This document shows, in pieces, positions 36,736 through 47,341 of a stretch of DNA of 50,267 nt. Both the position numbers and the translations under genes were made by a program. The notes beneath the pieces were generated by a model that was given only the letters and a program-made list of their open reading frames with translations, made no database searches and was not told the origin of the DNA. The stretch's first letter is position 1; the number at the start of each line of letters is the position of its first letter. This DNA comes from Octopus bimaculoides (lineage: Eukaryota): contig NC_068982.1 of assembly GCF_001194135.2 (NCBI RefSeq), positions 34,771,407 to 34,821,673 on the forward strand, written 5' to 3'.

Positions 36736-37093
36736 GTGGAGGCGCAATGGCCCAGTGGTTAGGGCAGCGGACTCACAGTCATAAGGTCGCGGTTTCGATT
36801 CCCAGACCGGGCGTTGTGAGTGTTTATTGAGCGAAAACACCTAAAAGCTCCACGAGGCTCCGGCAGGGGATAGTGGCGAACCCTGCTGTGTTCTTCCACC
36901 ACAACTTTCTCTCACTCTTTCTTCCTGTTTCTGTTGTACCTGTATGTCACGCTGAATATCCCCGAGAACTACGTTAAGGGTACACGTGTCTGTGGAGTGC
37001 TCAGCCACTTGCACGTTAATTTCACGAGCAGGCTGTTCCGTTGATCGGATCAACTGGAACCCTCGACGTCGTAAGCGACGGAGTGCCAACAAC
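36736..37093 (+). mobile_element. SINE family C, young full-length copy with 12-bp TSD
   Basis: tRNA-like head 'gtggaggcgcaatggcccagtggttagggcagcggactc...ggtttcgattccc', (CAA) tail, and perfect TSD 'atttgaaaatcg' at 36724-36735 and 37094-37105. Confidence 0.95.
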
Positions 37094-37369
37094 ATTTGAA
37101 AATCGACTTACTGCGTTAGTGGCATTAGCTGCTCACGAAAGTGGAGATAGAATAAAGTGATACTTCAACTCAAATTTGTTCGAGTAAATACATGATATCG
37201 AAGTCGCTGATTAAATTCATTTCTGCTCTTCACTATCTCGCTATGTGAAGCTCGTCGAAAAGTTTAGATGTTGATTATCACAGTGAGGTGAAATCTTAAT
37301 CTTCATTTTCTAATCTTATTTTAAATCAATCATTTCCTTTTAATATTGCTCCTTCTCTTGGATAAATAC

Positions 37370-37905
37370 GCACGCACGCACGCACGTACGCACGCACACA
37401 CACAAATATATACACACATACACACACACACTTATATACATATCTATCTATCTATCTCTCTATCTGTCTGTTTATCTGTCTAATTGTCTGTCTGTCTGTT
37501 TGTCTGCCTATCTATCTCTCTATCTATCTATCTATCTATAATACTTTTAAAGAACCATGACAGTGACTCCAAAGTTCCGGCCTGCTAAACCTCATCGGAG
37601 TGTTCGATGTAGGCTGACAAGCCAAATCTTCGAAGTCAGTCACCACTCACCGTGTAGAAGTATGATAAATATGTGCTCCACAAAAAGTATTCAGCAATTC
37701 TTTAGCCCAAAATAGCTAAAACAGTTTTATAATAATTCAACACAAAAAAGGCAATTGTATATACATACATACATGCACACACACGAACACATACACACAC
37801 ACAAAACACGTATATATATATACATACATACATACATACATACATAATACATACATACATACATACATAATACATACATACATACATACATACATGCATA
37901 CATGA
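37370..37905. repeat. Microsatellite-rich blocks (GCAC, CA, CTAT, CTGT, TACA)
   Basis: Directly visible at about 37370-37540 and 37760-37905. Confidence 0.9.
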
Positions 37906-38985
37906 TATTCAATTGAGTAAATTATAATATTCTGCAATACTATTACGTACAATGTCAATGAAGATGAAACAAAAAAATCCCCAAGAAAGCATTTGAACTT
38001 AGAGCGGTGAAGTAACCAAAGGAAATATTACAGAGCATCTAATTTTAACTTTCTATTATAACGGCCATATATTTATTATTGCTGTGTGTATTAACGTTAT
38101 TGTCTTGAATTCTCTCGACCATTTGCATAATGGAGGCTGCTGTTGTTTGATTGCTTGTTTATTTCAACCATTCAGCTTGCCAAATAGTGGTTTAGAATTG
38201 AAGACAAATTACCAGAATCTCCAGTGAATAGGCTGAGTGTGTATGATTCTTAAATATTCATTCCTTTCAAATTCAATGATTGTTGATTTCTTTATCCTGT
38301 CACAATTAATTATCGTGTAAATGATTTATGTAACTTTTATATAGTTCTATTAAACAAAAGACGTTATTCTCAAATGACCGTTGATGTGAAAAGTCTTCGT
38401 AAATTAAGACAATAAAACTGATACAAATGAGTAGAAAATTGTGCTTTCCTCTATATCTGTTTAGATCAATCGACCAACGAATGACAAAGTCTGGTAACAT
38501 AGCAATTTAACATCTTAATGTTGAACAGCGAATATTGATGTTACAAGAAGCAATTAAGCAGGAAAAGAATATATAAGCACCAATATTCAACTCTAAATGG
38601 TTTAAGGTAGTATACAAAACTTAGTTACAAAGAGTTGCTATTAGCAAAGCTAAATCTAAAAGTAATATATCAACTATATAGTAACAACTAAAATCAGTTA
38701 TGTGCATAACACCAAGGACACACCTCTCTATTAAATTATACACATTGAAGTCAATGTTTTGAATTTCTTTGTAGAATGACATATATTTCCTGGCTTGAAA
38801 AATTTAGTAAAGTTGACATAAGTAAGTTATGTAGTCATGTACTGTCATATTTAAGATGTTCATGTACAGAGAAGGGAGTGAGGGGATGCGACTGGCGCTG
38901 TGGTAGAAATGGTAGATTTCTTTTTCAGTGAACGTTTCGGCGTTCTCTACTGTGAGTTCAAATCTATCTTCAGTTAACTTTTTAT

Positions 38986-39146
38986 AGGCGTAGGCGAGGC
39001 TATGTGGTAAAGAGTTTAAATCCCACCCACATGGATCTTGGTTCAGTCCTACTGCGTGTCACCTTGATCGAGTGTCTTCTACTATAGCTTCGGATCAGCC
39101 AAAGCCTGGTGAGTGCATTTGGTACATGAAAACTGAATGAAACCCG

Positions 39147-39191
<45 letters not shown>

Positions 39192-39573
39192 CTGTACAAA
39201 CATATATATATGTATATGTATACTGTACACACACACACACACATATNNNNNNNNNNNNNNNNNNNNNNNNNNNNNNNNNNNNNNNNNNNNNNNNNNNNNN
39301 NNNNNNNNNNNNNNNNNNNNNNNNNNNNNNNNNNNNNNNNNNNNNNNNNNNNNNNNNNNNNNNNNNNNNNNNNNNNNNNNNNNNNNNNNNNNNNNNNNNN
39401 NNNNNNNNNNNNNNNNNNNNNNNNNNNNNNNNNNNNNNNNNNNNNNNNNNNNNNNNNNNNNNNNNNNNNNNNNNNNNNNNNNNNNNNNNNNNNNNNNNNN
39501 NNNNNNNNNNNNNNNNACGACGGGCTTCTTTCAGTTTCCCTCTACCAAAACCTCTCACAAGGCTTTGGTCGGC
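38986..39573. mobile_element. Two family A SINE halves in opposite orientation around gap 39247-39516
   Basis: Plus-strand head 38986 to about 39150 runs into the central microsatellite; after the gap 'cgacgggcttctttcagtttccctctacc...ggctttggtcggc' is the minus strand of the same region. Confidence 0.8.
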
Positions 39574-39896
39574 CAGAGACGGGAAATGGAATATACGAGA
39601 AACTTTATTGCTCACAACGATCGTTTCGACGCAACTTGCATTGATCCCTCGCGGATCAGATACTGTGCAACTTGTTGTGGTGCATCTCTCGGTGCAGAGG
39701 CTTCTCCTCGGGTGATGCCAAAGGGGTATCTCGATAAACAAATTCTGCTTCACTCGGCTTTAATACAACATGCTGCTAGCGACAGTATGTTTAAGCCTTT
39801 AAGCAAGAATCCCACTCGCGAGAGATCAATGTAAGATGCGTGGAAACGATCATTGTGAGCAATAAAATTTCTCGTATATTCCATTTTCGGTCTCTG
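39574..39896. mobile_element. MITE with about 80-bp TIRs (CAGAGAC...GTCTCTG)
   Basis: 39574-39653 'cagagacgggaaatggaatatacgagaaactttattgctcacaacgatcgtttc...ccctcgcg' versus the reverse complement of 39817-39896; roughly 85-90% identical. Confidence 0.85.
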
Positions 39897-39910
39897 TCAT
39901 TTGCTATATA

Positions 39911-40374
39911 CCGTAAATCCCCGAGTATAGTCCACCCTTAAGTATAATACGCAGGGGATTTTTAGGGGGCTGTACCTCTGAAAACCTAAACCTTGTGTAT
40001 AATACGTACCCCTTCTCTAACTTGAGTCAGGGAGGTCTATATAACGTCCTTGGTTTGTAAACATATATACGGTAACGTCCTTTATTATTATTGTATATAT
40101 AACATAATGGAAAAGAGTAGCTTTTGTGTGCACTTTGTTTGCAGAAAATAAAGAAATAACAGTAATAACGTCAGTGAAAAATAAATATAGCTTAAAGTAT
40201 TTTCTCGCCCGACATCATAAAATGCGTCTGAATAAACATTGCCGGACAACAAATAGAGACTCGGACATTGCTTAGAAAATATTTTTCATTTCTAACCTCG
40301 TGTATAGTACGCACTAGGGATTTTGACCTTTAAATTTTGGGAAAAAAATGCGGATTATATTCGAGGATTTACGG
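39911..40374. mobile_element. pogo/Tigger-type MITE (CCGTA TIR, TA TSD)
   Basis: TIRs 'ccgtaaatccccgagtatagtcc' / 'ggattatattcgaggatttacgg' match 20/23; TA on both sides. Confidence 0.88.
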
Positions 40375-40524
40375 TATTCAACGTACCCTTATGAATCCCC
40401 GAGGAAGATCCATCAACGATAGTGCAAATACTGTGAATGACGTCAGGTAGCTATAGACTGTGAACATGATTCATCGGTTTACTACTAGGAACGTACCCAA
40501 CACTAAAATATTTACTTATACAAG

Positions 40525-40564
<40 letters not shown>

Positions 40565-40778
40565 TACAAACACGCGCGCGCGCACACATATAATGTCCTG
40601 TTCTGTGATAGGAAATTCAACAAAAAAATACTCCATCGGCCTTCTCAGTTTCTTTCGCGTTTCTTCTCTTATTTAATTTTTTAGTTCGTTACAACATGTG
40701 GTTTCTGTCTGATGAATATGAAACTATTAGTAGCACCTAAAGACATGTATTATGCCCTTTAAATAAATAATATATATA

Positions 40779-40823
<45 letters not shown>

Positions 40824-40872
40824 CTGTAGGGACACGGTATTTCGTTATGCAGCTATGATATATTATAAAGTA

Positions 40873-41009
40873 CCGCATTTTAACGTGTATAAGGAACCCT
40901 TTTTCGTCAAAAATTATGTTCAAAACGTATGGGAGTTTCTTATACATGGATAGTATTATAATCCCTTACAAAACCAAAATTAGGGGTTCCTTATATACGT
41001 TAAATACGG
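40873..41009. mobile_element. Small pogo/Tigger-type MITE (TA TSD)
   Basis: TIRs 'ccgcattttaacgtgtataaggaaccc' / 'gggttccttatatacgttaaatacgg'; TA on both sides. Confidence 0.82.
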
Positions 41010-41164
41010 TATATTAAACGTTTTTTTATAAGTCAATGCTGTGTTCTATTGTGTTAGCAGTGCTATTACATCATTAATTAAGGTTATCTTTACAGATCTT
41101 TTTATAGAGATTTTAGCCAACACTTTGTGCTTGTATGTGCGTGCGTGCGCGTAAGTATGTGTGC

Positions 41165-41385
41165 GTATGTGTCTGTGTGTATTCTCCGTCACCGTTTGTC
41201 AACCGGTGTTACTGTATTTACGTCCATGTAACTTAGCAGTTCGGCAAATGTGGCCGATAGAATAAGTACCAGACTTGGAAAGAAAATAAAAGTGCTTGGT
41301 TTGATTAATTCGACTAAAAATTCTTCAAAGCAGTGCCTCAGCATGACCGCAGTGTAATGGCTGAAACGAGTAAAAGATTAAAGAT
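41165..41385 (+). mobile_element. SINE family A 3' half
   Basis: 'cttagcagttcggcaaatgtggccgatagaataagtacc...cagcatgaccgcagtgtaatggctgaaacgagtaaaag'. Confidence 0.8.
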
Positions 41386-41649
41386 TTAAAAAAAAAGTTC
41401 CATATCAGACTGTACAGGAACATGCTAAATATATTTTACATAACTAATATTCATTTAACGCTGCTTATTGTGCCGCTAATTAATATTATAATTTATTGCA
41501 TTTCTGACGATGCACATGACTGCCCTGAATAAATTATGTTTTTTCTTTTTTTTTGATAATGAATTGTTTTTTTTACAATTATCAGGAATCTCAGAAAAGT
41601 ATTTAGCATCACTCATGTTATTATGCTTGAAGTGTATTAAAATAATTGC

Positions 41650-42020
41650 ATAGGCGCAGGCGTGGTTGTGTGGTAAGAAGCTTGCTTTCCAACCATATGG
41701 TCCCTGGTTCAGTCTCACAGCGTAGTAGCTTGGGCAAGTGTCTTCAGCTACATTCTCGAACCCACCAAAGCCTTGTGAATGAATTTGGTAGATGAAAACT
41801 AAAAGCCATCACGCACACACACACACATACCAATGTGTGTATGTCTGTGTCTGTCCCACATTACCGCTTGACAAACGGTGTTGGTGTGCTTATGTCCCTG
41901 TAGCCTAGCAGTTCAGTATCAAAAACTGATAGAATAAGTTCTAGGCTCAAATAAATTTTTTTCGACTGAGTGCGGTGCTCCTGTATGGCCGTACTCAGAT
42001 GTATAAAGCAAGTAAATAGT
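41650..42020 (+). mobile_element. SINE family A, near full length
   Basis: Head 'ggcgcaggcgtggttgtgtggtaagaagcttgc' through tail 'ggtgctcctgtatggccg'. Confidence 0.85.
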
Positions 42021-42319
42021 AAAAGCTGCATACACCTCTCTACAAATGTCATACACTTATACACAGTGGTGTGGAGAGAGGAGGCTGGTATGCATGGGCA
42101 ACTGCTGGTATTCCATAAATAACCTTACTCGGGCTTGTGCTTTGGAGGGGAACTTTCTGGGTGGTATCCTATGGCCAAGTGTCTTCAGCTATAATCTCCA
42201 ACTCACCAAAGCCTTGTGAATGAATTTGGTAGATGAAAACTGAAAGAAGCCATCACACATACACACACACACCCTTCGATTATGAATTACATCGATTATA
42301 AATTACGTCGGTTATGAAT

Positions 42320-42480
42320 TACATCGACTCCAGTGCGTAACTGGTATTTATTTAATCCAATCCGAAAGGGTGAAAGGCAAAGTCGACTTCGGCAGAATTT
42401 GAACTCAGAACGTAACGTCAGACGAAATACCGCTAAGTATTTCGCCTGGCGTGCTAACGTTTCTGCCAGCTCATCGCCTT
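42320..42480 (-). mobile_element. SINE family B (young)
   Basis: Close match to the 1885-2125 and 14922-15132 copies. Confidence 0.9.
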
Positions 42481-42750
42481 CTTTACTGAACAAATATTAA
42501 TGCAGAAATGATAACTATTGGGAAAATTATTGACAGGCAGACAAGTGCTGTGCACTTGTCAAACCATGTACATGAGAAGATTATAAAAAATAAGGGTTAT
42601 AAAACCATTAGGCATAAAAGTAAAGCTGAGATACAGAAAATATATTAAAAAAATATGAGCGCAAAAATTCGATAAAATAACCAGTTGTATTAAACGTTTC
42701 AAAGCTGCGTGAAGAGAAGAGGTATGGCTTTGCGAGTTTAGTGTTACATA

Positions 42751-42815
42751 TTGCATTGCATTGCATTGCATTGCATTGCATTGCATTGCGTTGCATTGCA
42801 TTGCATTGCATTGCA
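42751..42815. repeat. (TTGCA)13 pentanucleotide array
   Basis: 13 units, one with a TTGCG variant, directly abutting the SINE C 5' end. Confidence 0.97.
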
Positions 42816-43190
42816 GTGGAGGCGCAATGGCTCAGTGGTTAGGGCAGCGGGCTCGCGGTCATAGGATCGCGGTTTCGATTCCCAGACCGCGCGTTGTGAG
42901 TGTTTATTGAGCGAAAACACGTTTCAAAGCAGGGGATGGTGTCGAACCCTGCTGTACTATTCCACCACAACTTTCTCTCACTCTTACTTCCTGTTTCTGT
43001 TGTGCCTGTAATTCAAAGGGTCAGCCTTGTCACACTGTGTCACGCTGAATATCCCCGAGAACTACGTTAAGGGTACACGTGTCTGTGGAGTGCTCAGCCA
43101 CTTGCACGTTAATTTCACGAGCAGGCTGTTCCGCTGATCGGATCAACTGGAACCCTCGACGTCGTAAGCGACGGAGTGCCAACAAACAAA
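42816..43190 (+). mobile_element. SINE family C, young full-length copy
   Basis: Very similar to 36736-37093; followed by 'attgcattgca' (43191-43201), which matches the upstream array and so is a TSD candidate. Confidence 0.95.
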
Positions 43191-43435
43191 ATTGCATTGC
43201 ATATAAGCTACGCTACGGCTGCCTAAAATGCAAAAGCTCGTTGTATCAAATAGTACACAATCTATTTTTCATTCCTTCTTTTTGAAATGTTTATTCTATT
43301 ATATTTACATATTTTTATATTGACTTGTCTGAAGTTGTATTCAATGCTTTATATATGTGTGTACGTATATGTATGTGAAAGTGTGTGCGTGCACACGCAT
43401 ATACACACACTCACACACACAAAACACACACACAT

Positions 43436-43602
43436 ACGATGGATTTCTTTCAGTTTTCGTCTACCAAATCCACTAATACGGTTTTGGTCGGTCCGAGGCT
43501 ATAGTAGAAGACACTTGTCCAAAGTGCCACGCAGTAGGACTGAAGCCAGAACCATGCAATTTGCGAGCAAAATTCTCACCACATAGCTACGCCTGCGCCT
43601 AC
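43436..43602 (-). mobile_element. SINE family A head
   Basis: 'tttctttcagttttcgtctaccaaatccac...ctatagtagaagacacttgtccaaagtgccacgcagtaggactgaa...gcctgcgcct'. Confidence 0.85.
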
Positions 43603-44014
43603 ATAAACACATATACGCACGCACATATAAACACATATATGTGCACCTGCGTGCGTGTGTGTGTGAAAGCTAGTGAGTGTACACACACACACACACACAC
43701 ATGCATATAACTGTACATATATAATTATATAATTATATAAATTATGTCTCCATTCTTTAATTTGAAATGTTCCAAATTACTATTAATTTCATTCATGTTT
43801 CTAGGTTATTGTTCCTCACTTGAAATTTAATTCATAATTAAAAATCGAAACATAACAATTGACTATCGATTTGAATGTCTATTTCCACGTTATTATCCAA
43901 TAAAAACTAATAAATCGATTACAATTCGTAGTTTCTTTATATTCAGCTTACTTTTCGAGTTAGCTTTATACATTCTCATATTTTAGCCCCCCTTTTTGTT
44001 TTCAAATCTTCACC

Positions 44015-44173
44015 ATGAAATTAAACTCCTTTATATTGCGTATGTTTATGGTTTATACGGTTTTAGTTATTCCTCATGTCGAGTGTTGCTGGTGTTTATC
44101 ACAGGATGATGGATTATGCTGTTTTGCTACAAGAACTGACTCAGCATTTTTTTCCCAGATAGAGTATAGCTAA
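44015..44173 (+). CDS. Candidate 52-aa secreted Cys-rich small ORF (unverified)
   Basis: 'caccATG' start context; MKLNSFILRMFMVYTVLVIPHVEC-CWCLSQDDGLCCFATRTDSAFFSQIEYS*. Basic n-region, hydrophobic core and a V-x-C cleavage-like site. No homology evidence. Confidence 0.25.
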   Translation: MKLNSFILRMFMVYTVLVIPHVECCWCLSQDDGLCCFATRTDSAFFSQIEYS

Positions 44174-44305
44174 GGATACACTGTGAAATGTGTCCTTCAC
44201 CTATTTAATTATAATGTTTGATTAGAACATAATAAGTAAGTTACATTTTTGCTGCTCGAGCAACTCCCTTGTCGTCTTTTAAGTAAGGTTCCGTATATTT
44301 ATTTG

Positions 44306-44741
44306 CAGTAATCACTCACCATATCGCGATTCACCTATCGCGCCCTCAGTACACCACGGGTTTCTGCGGCCGATAGGCATTTATATTTTTGTAGATTTTA
44401 ATTATTTCTGTGGTAATATAAGCATTTTCACACCAAAAAGTTAATAAATTAATAAATAAAAATACGGTACAATAAAATAAAATAAAAATACGGTACAATA
44501 TTAAAAGAAAATACGTAATGTACTGTTGATGAGTAAACAAAGAATCGCACATACTGTAAGGAAAACGAAACTCGGGAGAGAGTGTGTGGTGTTGTTTTGC
44601 ATTTATAATAAAATAAATATATACAAATTATAAAAATAATAATAATAAAATATACAATATAGTACTGCTTCTACTTCGCGGATTTTCACCTATCGCGGGG
44701 TGTTTTGGAACGTAACACCCGCGATAGTCGAGGCATTACTG
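44306..44741. mobile_element. Tigger-type MITE (CAGT TIR)
   Basis: TIRs 'cagtaatcactcaccatatcgcg' / 'cgcgatagtcgaggcattactg' followed by TA; internal repeated 'ttcacctatcgcg'. Confidence 0.82.
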
Positions 44742-44926
44742 TATATCGTAGCAGTAATAGTTGAAATGCTGATACGGTGGAGAAGTGGGATACAAGAGGA
44801 ACGTAGAGGTAATTATGCTGGCTTTGATAAGTGAGGGTAATACGGGGTGGAAGAGAGGTGCTAGTGTCTAATGTGTTGGAGATGTTTGTGGCGTTGTTGG
44901 CAGTTACATAAGCAATCTTTCATTTT

Positions 44927-45062
44927 TTTATCTTTTACTTGTTTCAGTCATTGTTAGACTGTGGCCATGATGGGGTAAAACTCCTTGAAGAATTTTTAGT
45001 CGAGTAAATCGACCCCAATACTCTTTTTTATTTTAAGCCTGGTACTTATTCTATCCAACAGT
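44927..45062 (-). mobile_element. SINE family A tail
   Basis: 'cttttacttgtttcagtcattgttagactgtggccatgatgg...aaatcgacccc...ggtacttattctatc'. Confidence 0.8.
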
Positions 45063-45487
45063 ATTTGCAATATTTTTGAATGCCGTCGATCATGTATTCA
45101 TCCGATGGAAACAGTTTTTTTTCCAATGATGTAATGTCTCCATTAATTAATTAAAAATTCGTTGGAAACAGCTGTAGTGAATTGATACTTTACCCATCTG
45201 TTGCTATTTATTTGTTTATTATTGCATTTATCGGAACCTGCTCCTTGCGTAAATCTGAAGTATATTATGAACCGTACATTTATTACAATGTACGTCTCTT
45301 AATTAACCTCAGAGCTATTACTATACTCAGTCGGGTAAAATTAATCGTATACATAACCCGAATATCTTTCTGCCTGTACTTCGGCAGCTGCATATATATA
45401 TTCATCTATTTTTGTTGTGTACACATTTTACTTTTCGACCCGATCCGGTGCCTTCCATTAAGTACCTTTTACACTTGAATCCTGATC

Positions 45488-45539
<52 letters not shown>

Positions 45540-45899
45540 GCATCCAGTGTGATATGTAGCTACTGCGAATATAATGCAGTATTATGAAATTTAAAAAAAA
45601 AAATGAAAAATGAAATCGCATTTAAAGAAATAGCCTGTGTATTATATGCAGATGTTAACATAGTAATATAGTGGTGCCAAATCTACGATATTATCTGTAA
45701 ATTACAAGAAGAGGAAGTAAGTTTAAACAATTAACTGAAAGATGGCAGTTATTTGAGAGTTGATGTACAGTAGACGACCTGATGCAATCGTGTGATATAA
45801 TGTAAGTTTCAACTTCTTTGCAATATAACGGTTTCCTAATGCCTTGTTATATTTTGCCGCTTTCTTTATTTTGTTGTTTATTCATTAATGTAGCATTCA

Positions 45900-45992
45900 T
45901 TATACATGTATACACACACATACAAGCGTACATGCAAACTAATATGTATAATAATATACATACGTACAGTCATGCATATATGCATGCAATAC

Positions 45993-46066
<74 letters not shown>

Positions 46067-46580
46067 NNNNNNNNNNAATTACTATAGCTTTTCTACGCTG
46101 CATGAAAAGGAAATTTCATCTGTCTCCAAAATATCTGCCAAAAATTAGAACAAAACAAATATAAATGATAGCGACGACGATAGTGATGGTGGTGGTGGTG
46201 GTGGTGTTTGAGGTGGTGGTTGTTGTAGTGGTGATGATGATGGTAGTAGTGATGGTGATGGTGGTGGTGACGAATGCGACAATGGCGACTATCCTGCTAG
46301 TACACTTCAAATGCGTCCGCTGCGTCCGCTGTTGCTGCTGCTGATGATGCTGATGTGGCAGTGGTGGTTGCGGAGGCGGTGGTGATAGTGAGTGGTCGTG
46401 ATGATGGTGGTGATGCTGGTGACTATGTCTGTGAGGACGCTTATCACAAAGACGATGCTGCTGCCGTTACTGCTGTTGCTATTGCTGTTATTACTGCTGC
46501 TGCTGCTGCTGCTGCTGGTGATGATGATGAGGATGATGATTACGACGACGACGATGATGATGATGATGATGACAAGAGGA
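45900..46580. repeat. (TA)n, gap 46067-46076, and (GGT)/(GAT)/(GCT) low-complexity region
   Basis: Directly visible; source of the poly-D/A/T/S ORFs. Confidence 0.95.
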
Positions 46581-47127
46581 TGGTATCGACTACACTGGCG
46601 TCTGCAGACACACACAAACTAACTGAGACACATTATAAATAAAAAGTTGACGTGTTTCTTTATTTTTCCACCCCCTTTTAAGTTCCAGAGTGAAAATATC
46701 GCCAAGTAGTTGTTTGCAAACTCCCCTTCACTATTTAGTATAACTGCAATATTATAACTAAACATTTTTTTTTCCCACACCTACCTGACCAAATCTTTAA
46801 GCATTATCTTTTATTTCTCTTCATTTCTTAAATATTTATTTCAGGAAACAATATTAGAGATTCTCGTTCCGTCTTCTGAAAACTAATGTGATCTGGAATA
46901 TTAAAGAACAACATCATTTTAAATGTGAAAAGGAAGCAATTTAAAGTTTCTCTACTTTCACAGAATAAATTTTGTGACAGTAATTACAGAAACAGACGTT
47001 TGTTACTTTAGGAGCTGTGAATAATAGCAGCAGTAGTATTATGTTATTGGTCACAAGAGCCGAAAAAATGTAGAACAATACAGGGACAAAGGTCATTTAC
47101 ACATATAAGCATTAAAGCAATAATTAG

Positions 47128-47341
47128 TTTCAAATTTTGGCACAAGGCCAGCAATTTCGAGGGTGGGGCGTAGGCCGATTATAACGACCCCATTGCTTAA
47201 CTAGTACTTATTTTATTGGCCTCCTAAAGGATGAAAGGCAAAGCCGACCTCGGCGGAATTTGAACTCAGAACGTGAAGAAGGACGGAATGCTGCTAAGCA
47301 TTTCGTCCGGCATGCTAACGATTCTGCCAGCTCGCCGCCTT
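47128..47341 (-). mobile_element. SINE family B
   Basis: 'tttcaaattttggcacaaggccagcaatttc...ctaacgattctgccagctcgccgcc'. Confidence 0.9.

Noticed and set aside
36736-36810. tRNA gene call for the tRNA-like sequence (also 42816-42890)
   Set aside because: Continues into a SINE body and tail with TSDs and has no proper acceptor stem; it is a SINE head.
40438-40445. Perfect CRE palindrome TGACGTCA
   Set aside because: About one 8-mer hit per 50 kb is expected by chance; no promoter context.
40700-40737. Second hammerhead-like string CUGAUGA-auau-GAAA-CUAUUAG-UA
   Set aside because: No real stem II, stem I only about 3 bp with a wobble, and no repeat context; likely chance.
45182-45478. 98-aa hydrophobic ORF
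   Set aside because: TTG start and I/Y/F/L-rich composition expected from AT-rich DNA; no motif or splice support.
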